DNA from: Pseudomonadota bacterium
GTDB lineage: Bacteria; Bdellovibrionota_C; UBA2361; OMII01
Length of the DNA: 64,000 bases
Direction: 5' to 3'
NCBI GenBank assembly: GCA_046300175.1
Contig: JBKCMS010000009.1
Location: forward strand, 71 to 64,070
Numbering within the stretch: position 1 is the first letter of the stretch; each line of letters begins with the position of its first letter. The position numbers were made by a program, and so were the translations under genes. Below the pieces are notes generated by a model. It made no database searches, was not told where the DNA came from, and saw nothing but the letters and a program-made list of their open reading frames with translations. Below, piece after piece: positions 28,236-38,045 of this stretch.

Positions 28236-29555
28236 CTAGTTAAGTAGTGGGCCCCAAGCCGGTTCGAAGTCACCCCCACGCGATGAGGTAATCTGCTTCA
28301 TTCCAAGCCCATCTACGCGCATTATGGCGATACTATAGCCCCCACCAAACTGCGTAGTTGCGAACGTTATATATCGTCCATCAGGAGAGAATTCAGGGTC
28401 CTCATTCCGGCCTACGCTGGTTAACTGAACGACGTTTGATCCACTAGTGTCGCTCACGAAGATATTTTGTCCTCCATCCGCTATACAGACGAACGCTATT
28501 TTATCGCCTGCTGGGGCCCATGCCGGCGATGTGCATTGGCTTGACTGGCCAAAACTAACCCGACGGGCGTTAGAGCCGTCTATCCCCATTGTGTATATCT
28601 GCGGTCCTCCACCTCTATTTGAACAGAACGCCACCTGACTACCATCCGGAGATGGAACGGGAGAGACGTCTATCGCCCGATTCGGTGGAGTGATCCGTCT
28701 CACGCCGGAACCATCTACGTCCATAACCAAAATATCGCTATCGGACCCCTCCGTACGCGAGAATACTATCTGCTCAGCGTTGAGGAAGTGTGCACCGATC
28801 TCAAGGTCCGTTGTGCGTGTGATCTGTTTAGTGCTCTTTGAAGCGATATCGATAAGGAAGAGATCAGGAACCCGATTACGGAACGATGTGTATACTAGCC
28901 GCGTTCCTGAAGGGTCCCAAGCCGATGAGAGCGCCAAGCCGCGGTCGTTTGTTAGCTGCCTGATGTTGCTGCCATCCATCTCCATTACGAATAGCTCCTT
29001 AAATCGGCCAACTCGCGATGAGAACGATATCTGCGTACCAAACACACCCGGAAACCCGGTGTAGTGCTTCATCACTTCATTTGCGAAGCGATGGGCTATC
29101 TTCTTGAGTTGCGACGGGTCACCCTCGTACTGCTTAGCGAGCACAACGGTCTGCTTTTGCACGTCATGCAGGTAAAGCTGCACCTGAACTTTGCTACCGG
29201 ATGACGAAACCTGCCCCTTGATCAAGCCTTCAGAGCCGATCACACTCCAGTCCGAGTATGTGGTGGCTTCCTGTGCACCACACTTACCGGGAGTCTCTAT
29301 AAAGCCCTTTGGATCAAGCACCTCAAAATATCCCGAGAGGTCTAGGTCTTTGGAGATAGTCTGCGGAATCAGATCGGCACCCGCCTTCTCGCCACCTTGA
29401 AGGCACAGCGTTGGGATGCCGATTGGGATAAGCTTACCTGCACCCCGGACGTAAAGATCAGTCTGCGCGGCCACCTGACCGATCCCGAGGATAAGTGCAA
29501 ACCCAAACGCAAGGCTAGCCGATACTCTGTGCGCTAATGAACGAAACATAAACAT
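28236..29555 (-). CDS. tolB: Tol-Pal system beta-propeller protein TolB
   Basis: 439 aa with a signal peptide, a TolB N-domain, then repeated blades (PAWAPAGDKIAF, PEFSPDGRYITF, PVPSPDGSQVAF, SAWDPSGTRLVY). Confidence 0.9.
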   Translation of the reverse strand: MFMFRSLAHRVSASLAFGFALILGIGQVAAQTDLYVRGAGKLIPIGIPTLCLQGGEKAGADLIPQTISKDLDLSGYFEVLDPKGFIETPGKCGAQEATTYSDWSVIGSEGLIKGQVSSSGSKVQVQLYLHDVQKQTVVLAKQYEGDPSQLKKIAHRFANEVMKHYTGFPGVFGTQISFSSRVGRFKELFVMEMDGSNIRQLTNDRGLALSSAWDPSGTRLVYTSFRNRVPDLFLIDIASKSTKQITRTTDLEIGAHFLNAEQIVFSRTEGSDSDILVMDVDGSGVRRITPPNRAIDVSPVPSPDGSQVAFCSNRGGGPQIYTMGIDGSNARRVSFGQSSQCTSPAWAPAGDKIAFVCIADGGQNIFVSDTSGSNVVQLTSVGRNEDPEFSPDGRYITFATTQFGGGYSIAIMRVDGLGMKQITSSRGGDFEPAWGPLLN

Positions 29556-29615
29556 GACCCCTAATCCAAGATTTTTTTATTAGCTTACTTACCTCTGGGC
29601 TCTCTGGCCATAGGT

Positions 29616-30494
29616 TTATTCCTTGGGATCGAAGTGCGTACGAACGCTTTTGAAATATTGCTCGTAAACGTTTGCCGGCGGAGGCGGAAGTGGTGATGCT
29701 TTGATAGCCGCCCGCACCACCGATTCATCAAAACTACTATCCCCGGAGCCCCTGACTAACCGGACATTTTTAATCACCCCATCAGGTTCGATCTCAAAGG
29801 CGATCGACGTCTTGAGGGATGAATTCGAATCGTACCAGCGCCAAGCCTCTTTGATCCGTGACCGAATGATCTTCTCGTAGATGAAGAACTCTGGTGGGCG
29901 AACTACTCCTCCGCCCATACCACCACCACCTAATCTCGCTGCGCCAAACCCTTTTCCCCCGGCATCTGTGGACTCACCCAGGTAACGCTGCATAGCAGCC
30001 TGGTAACTTTTATCTACTTCGTCACCATCGCTCTTTTTTGCTGTTTTTGCGGGGGTTCCCTTATCGTTTTTCTTCACCGGAGCCGGGGTGGCTTTAGCAG
30101 TAGCGACTGGAGGCGGCGTGGGTTTAGGTGTTGGCTTCTTCTCCGCTACACTCACCTCGGCATCTTCAACCGGCTCCTGCTTCGGCTCCTCCTTTGGGAC
30201 CTCCTTCTCAGGTTGAGTCTCCTGCTTGGTTTGCGCTGCAACATTTTTCACTGGGGCTATCGGAGATGGCTTGTTGTCCTTGGGCACTTGAGCCATGCCC
30301 CCTAAGGACTTCCCCCCCTCAATCGATATTGAGTAGATAACCGGCTCAGGGAATTCACCAAAATCCGGAAAGACCTTAAAGAAGATCAAGAAAGCGAGCA
30401 CCAAGTGTCCTACTACAGACACGGATAGCCCCAACCGAAATTCACGATCGCGAAATTGCTGACCCGGCTTGTATCGCACGGCACCCACGGTCAA
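29616..30494 (-). CDS. tolA: TolA (TonB/TolA-family energy transducer)
   Basis: N-terminal TM anchor, a long Pro/Lys/Glu/Thr-rich linker, and a TonB/TolA-type C-terminal domain. It lies between tolR and tolB. Confidence 0.6.
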   Translation of the reverse strand: MTVGAVRYKPGQQFRDREFRLGLSVSVVGHLVLAFLIFFKVFPDFGEFPEPVIYSISIEGGKSLGGMAQVPKDNKPSPIAPVKNVAAQTKQETQPEKEVPKEEPKQEPVEDAEVSVAEKKPTPKPTPPPVATAKATPAPVKKNDKGTPAKTAKKSDGDEVDKSYQAAMQRYLGESTDAGGKGFGAARLGGGGMGGGVVRPPEFFIYEKIIRSRIKEAWRWYDSNSSLKTSIAFEIEPDGVIKNVRLVRGSGDSSFDESVVRAAIKASPLPPPPANVYEQYFKSVRTHFDPKE

Positions 30495-30508
30495 TGCAGT
30501 CTACTCCT

Positions 30509-30937
30509 CTAACTCTTCCCCTCTGGCGAGGCCGAGACGAGCCCGATCTGAGTGATACCACCTGCATGCAGAGCAGCCATCACCTCCATAATTCGGCCGT
30601 ATCCAAGGGATGCGTCCCCCTTGATGTATATCTTCCTTTCGTTTTCAGGCTTGTTTGCGAAGATCGCCTTCACCTTATCAGCCAACTCAGGGACCTCCAC
30701 TCGATTGCCAGCGCCTAAGAAAACAGCCCCTCCCTTATCGAGTGAGATAACTATCTGCTCGCTTGAACCCCTTAGGGGTGCTGTTGTGGCCTTAGGCAAA
30801 TCTACCTCTACGCCCTGTTGCAGCATCGGCGCTGTCACCATAAAGATGACCAGCAGCACCAACATTACGTCTACTAAAGGCGTTACGTTTATCGCCGCTA
30901 TCGGCCCGTCGTCATCGCCTCGAACACTGCTTGCCAT
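30509..30937 (-). CDS. tolR: TolR (ExbD/TolR family)
   Basis: INVTPLVDVMLVLLVIFMV is the canonical TM region with Asp. 142 aa. Confidence 0.8.
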   Translation of the reverse strand: MASSVRGDDDGPIAAINVTPLVDVMLVLLVIFMVTAPMLQQGVEVDLPKATTAPLRGSSEQIVISLDKGGAVFLGAGNRVEVPELADKVKAIFANKPENERKIYIKGDASLGYGRIMEVMAALHAGGITQIGLVSASPEGKS

Positions 30938-30967
30938 TAATTCTCGCCCTTTAACACCCGAACCTTA

Positions 30968-31666
30968 CTACTTAACGAAGTATCGCCGTGCAATATTCAA
31001 AAACTCCTCGGAGAAGCTGTCCATCGACTGACGGAACTTCTTGATCGAGGCGGTAAAATAGTTAAACGCAATCGCTGCGGGTATCGCAGCCGCTAATCCT
31101 ACCGCAGTCGCCACCAGCGCCTCAGAGATTCCTGGGGCCACCGCCTGAATCGTTGAGCTCTTAGCCTGGCTGAGCCCGTGGAATGCGTTCATGATACCCC
31201 ACACGGTGCCAAAAAGACCGATAAAAGGGGCGGCACTCGCTACACTTGCGAGGAATGTTACCCCCTTCTCTAAGCGGTGATATTCCTCAAGCTCAGCTCG
31301 CCTGAGAGCCCGCTCTACCGTCCCCAGCTCACTTGCCGGGTCAATTACCGACCCACTCTGCTTACCTTCCTGCACTGTATGTAACAGCTCCCGATATCCA
31401 GATGTAAAAACTGAGACTAGTGGGCTAGCGGTTAAGCGTCGTGATGATTCATCGATTCGGGCAAAATTACGACTCTCCCAAAACACTTGAGCAAACTCGT
31501 CTGAATTAGCTTGCGCCCGACGAAACTGAATCGTCTTAGCTATGGTGATAGCCCAGCTCCACACCGACAAAACAATCAGCATGATCAACACGGACTGCAC
31601 CACCAGCCCCGAGCCGAAAATCATATTAAGAATACTTGGTGCCTCTGCAACTGGTACCGGTTCCAC
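30968..31666 (-). CDS. tolQ: TolQ (MotA/TolQ/ExbB proton channel)
   Basis: Three TM segments with PFIGLFGTVWGIMNAF and ISEALVATAVGL. GTG 31666 sits 7 nt after AGGAGG. ATG 31624 is an alternative; the ORF-track start at 31753 is unlikely. Confidence 0.8.
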   Translation of the reverse strand: MEPVPVAEAPSILNMIFGSGLVVQSVLIMLIVLSVWSWAITIAKTIQFRRAQANSDEFAQVFWESRNFARIDESSRRLTASPLVSVFTSGYRELLHTVQEGKQSGSVIDPASELGTVERALRRAELEEYHRLEKGVTFLASVASAAPFIGLFGTVWGIMNAFHGLSQAKSSTIQAVAPGISEALVATAVGLAAAIPAAIAFNYFTASIKKFRQSMDSFSEEFLNIARRYFVK

Positions 31667-31854
31667 GAAAGTTCCTCCTATAAGCCTTAACCGCCTAAAT
31701 ATGCCACATAGCAGCGCTTGACACCAGACATAGCTGGGTCTCATGCCCCTCATTAGCCGCGATGTTTCCTTTTCCTGCTTTGAGGGGTATAACTTGCCCC
31801 TATCGATTGTAAAACAGGTATAGGCACATAGGAAAACTCTAGGAGCAACCAGGT

Positions 31855-32868
31855 ATGACAGTAGGAATTGCTATTAATGGATTTGGACGCATAGGAAGAA
31901 ATATTCTACGACAGCTTTGCACCAACAAGAAGTCCAGCAAGGTTCAGGTCGTAGCAATCAACGACTTAACCGACCCAAAGACGCTTGCCCATCTGCTCAA
32001 ATACGACTCCGTCCACGGCCGTTTCCCGGGCAGCGTTGAGGCCGGCGAAGGCGCGATTGTCGTTAATGGTCAAACCATCAAAATTCTGGCCGAGCGCGAC
32101 CCAGCCAAACTCCCGTGGGGCTCTCTGGGAGCTCAGATAGTGTTAGAATGCACCGGGCTATTCACTGATAAAGAGAAGGCTCAGTTGCACATGCAAGGCG
32201 GGGCCAAGAAAGTAATCATATCGGCCCCAGCAACTAATCCAGACCTCACCATGGCTTTCGGAGTCAATGATGCCGCTTACAACAGCGCTGAGCACCACAT
32301 TGTTAGTAACGCCTCGTGCACAACGAATTGTTTAGCGCCGGTGGCCAAGGTGCTGCATGAGAACTTCGGGGTTGCCAAGGGAACGATGACCACGATTCAC
32401 TCGTACACTAACGACCAGCAGATTCTCGACTTACCTCACAAAGACCTTAGACGTGCCCGAGCGGCGAATCTGTCGATGATACCGACAACAACTGGGGCAG
32501 CAAAAGCTGTTGGCTTGGTGATCCCTGACCTGAAAGGTAAGGTAGACGGCTTTGCTATCCGTGTGCCAACACCCGATGTATCAGTTGTAGACTTCGTAGC
32601 CGAGCTAAACCAGGATGTGACGGTAGAAGAAGTAAACCGTGCGCTCAAGAGCGCCAGCGAGAACACCTTAAAGGGCATCCTCGGCTTCTCGACCGAGCCA
32701 CTTGTATCGATCGACTATACAGGAGACACACACTCATCGATCGTCGATTCACTCTGCACCATGGTGATCGGAAAGAGGATGGTAAAAGTAGTCGCATGGT
32801 ATGACAACGAGATGGGATTCTCAGCTCGCATGTGTGATGTCACCGACATGATCGCCTCTAAGTTGTAA
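31855..32868 (+). CDS. gap: Glyceraldehyde-3-phosphate dehydrogenase
   Basis: NGFGRIGRN and the active site SNASCTTNCLAP. 337 aa. Confidence 0.9.
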   Translation: MTVGIAINGFGRIGRNILRQLCTNKKSSKVQVVAINDLTDPKTLAHLLKYDSVHGRFPGSVEAGEGAIVVNGQTIKILAERDPAKLPWGSLGAQIVLECTGLFTDKEKAQLHMQGGAKKVIISAPATNPDLTMAFGVNDAAYNSAEHHIVSNASCTTNCLAPVAKVLHENFGVAKGTMTTIHSYTNDQQILDLPHKDLRRARAANLSMIPTTTGAAKAVGLVIPDLKGKVDGFAIRVPTPDVSVVDFVAELNQDVTVEEVNRALKSASENTLKGILGFSTEPLVSIDYTGDTHSSIVDSLCTMVIGKRMVKVVAWYDNEMGFSARMCDVTDMIASKL

Positions 32869-32869
32869 G

Positions 32870-33634
32870 ATGTCATCCCTCCCTGTTCTCCTAATCGGCA
32901 ACTGGAAGATGAACCTCTGCCCATCTGAGGCAGCGGCGTTCGCCGTATCACTCCGCGAACGTCTTCCGGTCCTCTCACGAACTCGGGTCTGGGTAACACC
33001 ATCGGCTCTCAGCGCAGCATACGTCAAGCAGAAGCTTGATGGGTCGCCGATTGAGGTGGGGGCACAGAATGTGCATTGGGCCAGTGCAGGTGCATTCACA
33101 GGCGAGACATCACCACTGTTCGCCAAGGACCTCGGTCTGACCTTTGCTCTGGTGGGACACTCGGAACGTCGAACTCTCTTTGGAGAAAGCTCTGAGCAGG
33201 TGGCAAAGCGCATGAAAGCCGCGCTAGCTACCGGTCTAACTGCAGTGGTGTGTATCGGCGAAACAGAGGCTGAACGGGCTGCAGGGCGCACCCAAGCCGT
33301 TCTCAAGGCCCAACTAGAGCCGATCTTTGCCGAACTCGACACATCATCGGCGCCGCGAGTGGTTATCGCCTACGAGCCCGTCTGGGCCATCGGAACAGGC
33401 AAGGTAGCCTCTGAAGGTGAGATTCAGCAAACGCACGATGATATCCGCCAACTATGGGAACAGCAGGACTACGGAGTACGTTGCACAGTCGTGTATGGAG
33501 GAAGTGTCACACCTGCTAATTTCCGGAGCATCATTGCCCTTCCAGGAGTAGACGGCGCGCTAGTGGGCGGCGCAAGCATCAAGCTTGACCAGTGGTTAGA
33601 GCTAATCGCTATCGCCGATGCTACGCCGGCTTGA
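32870..33634 (+). CDS. tpiA: Triosephosphate isomerase
   Basis: Motifs GNWKMN, VGHSERR and AYEPVWAIGTGK. Starts 1 nt after the gap stop. Confidence 0.9.
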   Translation: MSSLPVLLIGNWKMNLCPSEAAAFAVSLRERLPVLSRTRVWVTPSALSAAYVKQKLDGSPIEVGAQNVHWASAGAFTGETSPLFAKDLGLTFALVGHSERRTLFGESSEQVAKRMKAALATGLTAVVCIGETEAERAAGRTQAVLKAQLEPIFAELDTSSAPRVVIAYEPVWAIGTGKVASEGEIQQTHDDIRQLWEQQDYGVRCTVVYGGSVTPANFRSIIALPGVDGALVGGASIKLDQWLELIAIADATPA

Positions 33635-33736
33635 ACACAATCGAGATACGCTCCGGTCTGGAAAACAATTTTTTAACTCTATACCTGAAAGCTACAGATC
33701 GGCGCGCTCGCGACGCGCTTTCATGGCATCTGCGGG

Positions 33737-34960
33737 CTAAAAAGTGGATATTGTTGAATCGCTTGATCTTCGTCGGCTCGAAGCCCCCACCAAGAAAAAG
33801 CGATCGAGCGAATTGCGGCCAGTACCCGGTAGGAACGCTATCTGAAAGGATCCGTCCCGCTCTTGCCTAAATACGCTAACCTTGGGGTAGAACGAGTAGC
33901 TTTTAGAGAAGGGTCGCGAACCGAAGCTGTCGTAGGCTACCAGAGTCCAAACCCCGCTTGCATCTCCGTTAATCCTAAAGGGCCGCGGCTCTCCTGGTCT
34001 AGATTTTCCGAGCTTAATCGAGCGCACCATCTTACCATTAGCGTATGCAACCACCTTCTGCACGTCACTTCCGATCACTGAAAACTCAGCCTGGAATGAC
34101 GTTGGCGCACGTCCATTGACTCCCCACCGGCGCTGACGACGCTGCCTAACCGAGAGGTCTCTGAGTAAAAGCCCCGGGTCAAATGACTCCCTTATTCTCT
34201 GCCCCGCGTTGATACCACCTTGGGTATCGATAAACTTTACTACAGGCAGATCGAGCCATCTCAACATCGTCCCACGATCGGCCCCTGATGCTTTTAAGCC
34301 CCGAAGTGCTTCAATATGGGCAGAGCGGAGCTTATTGGCCACCTCCTGGCTTGAGCCGCCCTTAGCGCCGCCAACCACTACCGAATTGATTTCTTCGCGT
34401 AATGGCTCGATGCCATCATCAGCGGGAGTGCCAACAAGCCCCTCCTGCTTCAGAAAACGGGGTATTGCACCGCGACTCTGCTTGAAAAAGCTCACGCCAT
34501 CTCTTGATACAATCTTCTCAAAGGAAAGGTTTGAAGGTGCATCTACCTTATTATCGGACGAGGGGCGTGCTTTGACACTAAAATCCCACCCCGAGAAGAT
34601 ACCTCCTTTACTGCCAGAAGAACTCTCATCAGAATCCCCTGAGCGTCTAGAACTCTTAGGCGCCTCAATCACCTGCTCTGTGCCGCCCTTTTTACTACTC
34701 ATCTCCGCATTGATACTGCTTAGCGCATCACGCGATAGCCCCGCTCGACTGCCGACCTCTGAGGACTTGCGTGCGACCGCCTGTTTGCTAGCCGCGGCCG
34801 GAGCCCCTTGCTCCCTGCTCACTCTCGGCTTGCCATCAAAGATAAATTTGATGCCCTCGGGGATAAAGAAGAGGCCAACGACAATGGCTATAGCCACCAC
34901 ACTTAGACCCACCGCCCTCGGTGTTAGTCCTAAAAATCTTGTCTCTCCAAAATTGGCCAT
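33737..34960 (-). CDS. Hypothetical single-pass membrane-anchored protein (407 aa)
   Basis: N-terminal TM GLSVVAIAIVVGLFFI, then a Ser/Lys/Gly-rich disordered segment, then a C-terminal ~250 aa with ordinary composition. No family recognised. Confidence 0.45.
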   Translation of the reverse strand: MANFGETRFLGLTPRAVGLSVVAIAIVVGLFFIPEGIKFIFDGKPRVSREQGAPAAASKQAVARKSSEVGSRAGLSRDALSSINAEMSSKKGGTEQVIEAPKSSRRSGDSDESSSGSKGGIFSGWDFSVKARPSSDNKVDAPSNLSFEKIVSRDGVSFFKQSRGAIPRFLKQEGLVGTPADDGIEPLREEINSVVVGGAKGGSSQEVANKLRSAHIEALRGLKASGADRGTMLRWLDLPVVKFIDTQGGINAGQRIRESFDPGLLLRDLSVRQRRQRRWGVNGRAPTSFQAEFSVIGSDVQKVVAYANGKMVRSIKLGKSRPGEPRPFRINGDASGVWTLVAYDSFGSRPFSKSYSFYPKVSVFRQERDGSFQIAFLPGTGRNSLDRFFLVGASSRRRSSDSTISTF

Positions 34961-35281
34961 GCGATGCTCACCATTAAAGGAACGTTCTAGAAGCTTCTTC
35001 TAATACTTGAATAACCTGACCCTGCCGCGTACCTCCGCCCAAAGCGGCTGAAGAGCGCCAGAATCCAACCAGAACGAACTACCTAGAGCAGATATGGGTG
35101 ATATCTCGCCTAGTGTTGCATAGCGGCTGGGTGCCGCAGGTAACCTGCTATCTACCCAAAATTATTGGGGATTGCAAAAAGAATGAGAGTGTCTAGGCAC
35201 GTATTGCCTAATCCAACAAATACAGGCACTTCCACACTTCTTTGGCGACCCATAAGAGATGCGAAGTGCGGCTCGCTAAAG

Positions 35282-36268
35282 CTAAGCGGCCACGCTCTTC
35301 CACATCTGTTGAACGTTACCTTTAAGGCGCGCACCAACCTGACAGATAACCTTACTAGCCAGGAAATTGGCGCGGTGAGCCGCATCGTAAGGTGACAGCC
35401 CATGATTAATACCATGGAGGAACGAACCCGCAAACATATCTCCGGCTCCTGTTAGATCACGCGGCTCGCAGGGAAATGCCGGGACGTGTATCTCCTCTCC
35501 CTCCCACCAGATGTGAGCGCCTCGCGGACCTGCTGTGAGCACAACGTGAGGGAAGTTATCCTTTAGCTTCCTACCAGCCGCTAGCACATCGGAGGTACCG
35601 GCAAGCGCTGCGCTCTCCTCTTCGTTTGCAAAGATAAGACTGGTTGATTCAAGGGTTTTGCGCAGGTGCTCGCCGAAGCCACTTACGATCCAGGCGTCTG
35701 AGCAGGTAACTGCAATCTTGGTATTAGATTTCTTGGCCATCGACACGACCTCAGCGATTGTTTCACGACCGGCATCAGAATTAGAAAAAACATACCCCTC
35801 GACAAATACCCAGCGAGATTCCTCAATCACTCGCGGAGAGATGTGTGCTGGACTCAGCTCGGTACATACTCCAAGCGACGTACGCATAGTCCTCTCTGCA
35901 TCCGGTGTGATCAGAGAGATTACTGTGCCTGTAGCGCCGTGCTTGTTGAGCGACACAGGCATCTCAATACCCAGCTCAAGACACTCGTCGCGATAGAACC
36001 TACCGTAGGCATCATCGGCAAGATTACAGCAGATGGCACTCTTGCCCCCCAATTGAGCAACTACAATCATTGAATTGGCTACCGAGCCACCGCTACACAT
36101 CGCTGGGTTCGTTCCCGCGAATCGCTCCAGCAGGGGTCGCTGCTCATCAGCACTGACCAGTCGCATAGTGCCCTTCTCAAATCCGAGCGGTTCAAAGTCC
36201 GCCTGAGAAACGTCTGCGAAAATATCTACAAGGCCATTACAAATCCCGGCGACATCGATCTTTTTCAT
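35282..36268 (-). CDS. PfkB-family carbohydrate/nucleoside kinase (adenosine-kinase-like)
   Basis: N-terminal GxxxxD region (GICNGLVD), GGSVANS, and C-terminal signature DLTGAGDMFAGSFL. Confidence 0.75.
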   Translation of the reverse strand: MKKIDVAGICNGLVDIFADVSQADFEPLGFEKGTMRLVSADEQRPLLERFAGTNPAMCSGGSVANSMIVVAQLGGKSAICCNLADDAYGRFYRDECLELGIEMPVSLNKHGATGTVISLITPDAERTMRTSLGVCTELSPAHISPRVIEESRWVFVEGYVFSNSDAGRETIAEVVSMAKKSNTKIAVTCSDAWIVSGFGEHLRKTLESTSLIFANEEESAALAGTSDVLAAGRKLKDNFPHVVLTAGPRGAHIWWEGEEIHVPAFPCEPRDLTGAGDMFAGSFLHGINHGLSPYDAAHRANFLASKVICQVGARLKGNVQQMWKSVAA

Positions 36269-36395
36269 ACTACCGACCTCTAAAAATGCTCCCTCTACAA
36301 TCCCAGACCGATACTGTAGCGCTGCTCACCCAGAAAAGTACAGAGTTGGCCATATTATCGTCCTATCATGGATCGGCTCCACTCTTATTCCTTAT

Positions 36396-37256
36396 TTGCC
36401 ACTCTACAACTGCCGTAAGTGGTTATTCGTAATGGTAACGCCGCTCATATCGGATCCCCCCACGACTAATTTAATGTACCGCTTCATAAGGACTCTAATG
36501 ATCGCTATTCAAAGAACAAAGTACGGCATCCGTTTTCACGACGTAATTTTTTCCCCGAATCCTTTCGACCCGGGTTGCCACTTTCACCTTGCCCGGTTCA
36601 GCCAATCCGCAAAAGCCGCCTACGGCTTTACACCCTGTGCAACCAAGATAGTCGATCTATCGGTTGATCAGGGCCTGCTCTTCTCCAGCCTATCGAATAG
36701 CACTCGCTACAAGATTCGCCGAGCTGAACGAGAAGGCATGAACCCACTGGCCAATCCGACCCCTGAGCTTAACCATCTCAACGATTTCTGCGCATACTAT
36801 GACATATTTGCTGCTTCAAAACAGCTACCCGCTAGCAATCGTGAGAAACTGATCCGACTACAGGAGCAGTCATCGTTGCTGCTCACAAGCGTTCATGATT
36901 CACAAGATAGGACCGTGGTAGCTCACGCCTATATCGCTGATCGTGAGAGCGAAAGGATTCGACTGCTCTATTCGGCATCACATTTCCGGTCTAGCTCTGA
37001 TACACAAGAGCGCAATCGAATAGGTCATGCAAATCGTCTCTTGCACTGGCACTCAATGCTGAGTGCACGATCTCTTGGCTATCGGCGTTACGATCTAGGT
37101 GGATTTCCCCTAACACAAACAAACGCTGAAAAGGTGGCGATAGCAAAATTCAAAGCCGAATTCGGGGGAGAGATAGTTGTTGAGTTCAACGGGCTATTGA
37201 GCCGCAATCGTTTATTACAGCGCACCTTGCCAGCGGTACAGAGGATTTTCACATAG
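36396..37256 (+). CDS. FemAB-like / GNAT-fold acyltransferase family protein
   Basis: STRYKIRRAEREG and the C-terminal LLHWHSMLSARSLGYRRYDLGG...AKFKAEFGG are typical of FemAB-related proteins. The start (TTG in the ORF track) is uncertain. Confidence 0.5.
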   Translation: MPLYNCRKWLFVMVTPLISDPPTTNLMYRFIRTLMIAIQRTKYGIRFHDVIFSPNPFDPGCHFHLARFSQSAKAAYGFTPCATKIVDLSVDQGLLFSSLSNSTRYKIRRAEREGMNPLANPTPELNHLNDFCAYYDIFAASKQLPASNREKLIRLQEQSSLLLTSVHDSQDRTVVAHAYIADRESERIRLLYSASHFRSSSDTQERNRIGHANRLLHWHSMLSARSLGYRRYDLGGFPLTQTNAEKVAIAKFKAEFGGEIVVEFNGLLSRNRLLQRTLPAVQRIFT

Positions 37257-37271
37257 AAGGGGCTAATTCCT

Positions 37272-38045
37272 ATGAGCGCATCGTACCTCTTTCGCATGGA
37301 TGACATTGCACCCGGAATGGACTGGGGTCGCTTCTGGGCTGTACTGCAATTGTTTCGCCGGCACGGAATCAAACCACTGCTAGGAGTGGTGCCGGATAAC
37401 CGAGACCAAAACCTTGCCCGTCATCCCCCTTACCCACATTTTTGGCAAACGCTCCAGGAGCTTGTAGCTGCCGACGAGATCGATGTGGCCCAACACGGCT
37501 ACCAGCATATACTAGTGCACCGACCAAAAGCTGCCATACTGGGCCCGGCAGTTGGGATTCGCAAAGCGGTATCTGAGTTTGCAGGCGATGCATATTCCGA
37601 CCAGCTGTTTCGAATTCGTGAGGGGCAGCGAATTCTGCAGCGGAACGGAATTGAGACTAAATACTGGATGGCGCCTAATCACTCTTACGACAAGAACACA
37701 TTGCGAGCTCTACGTGAGAGTGGCTTCACTGCTATCAGTGACGGGATAGCACTCTTTCCCTATATTGCTGAAGATCTCGCATTCGTACCGCAAACCTCAT
37801 GGAAAGCGCGCTGGATGCCTCTAGGAATACATACGGTATGTTTGCATACAAATACCGTTACTCCCCGTCAGATTAAACAGCTTAGGCTATTTCTAAGGCG
37901 CCCTTTTCATTTCACAAGATTTTCCTCTGTGGTGCGAACTATTACCCCTTCTATCTTGCATACTGCGGCAAACCAAGCATACAGCGCTGCATACAAAACC
38001 GCCTGGGGCCTGAGAAAAATGAGGGCTGGCGCGCGTATTTCGTGA
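37272..38045 (+). CDS. DUF2334-type predicted polysaccharide deacetylase
   Basis: N-terminus YLFRMDDIAPGMDWGRFWAVLQLFRRHGIKPLLGVVPDNRD matches the DUF2334 pattern as I remember it. The last ~7 codons and the stop lie inside repeat element copy A. Confidence 0.5.
   Translation: MSASYLFRMDDIAPGMDWGRFWAVLQLFRRHGIKPLLGVVPDNRDQNLARHPPYPHFWQTLQELVAADEIDVAQHGYQHILVHRPKAAILGPAVGIRKAVSEFAGDAYSDQLFRIREGQRILQRNGIETKYWMAPNHSYDKNTLRALRESGFTAISDGIALFPYIAEDLAFVPQTSWKARWMPLGIHTVCLHTNTVTPRQIKQLRLFLRRPFHFTRFSSVVRTITPSILHTAANQAYSAAYKTAWGLRKMRAGARIS

Noticed and set aside
34209-35003. 264-aa plus-strand ORF antisense to the 33737-34960 gene.
   Set aside because: It has Ser/Pro/Leu-rich shadow-ORF composition and no SD. 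The minus-strand ORF has a clean TM anchor and protein-like composition.
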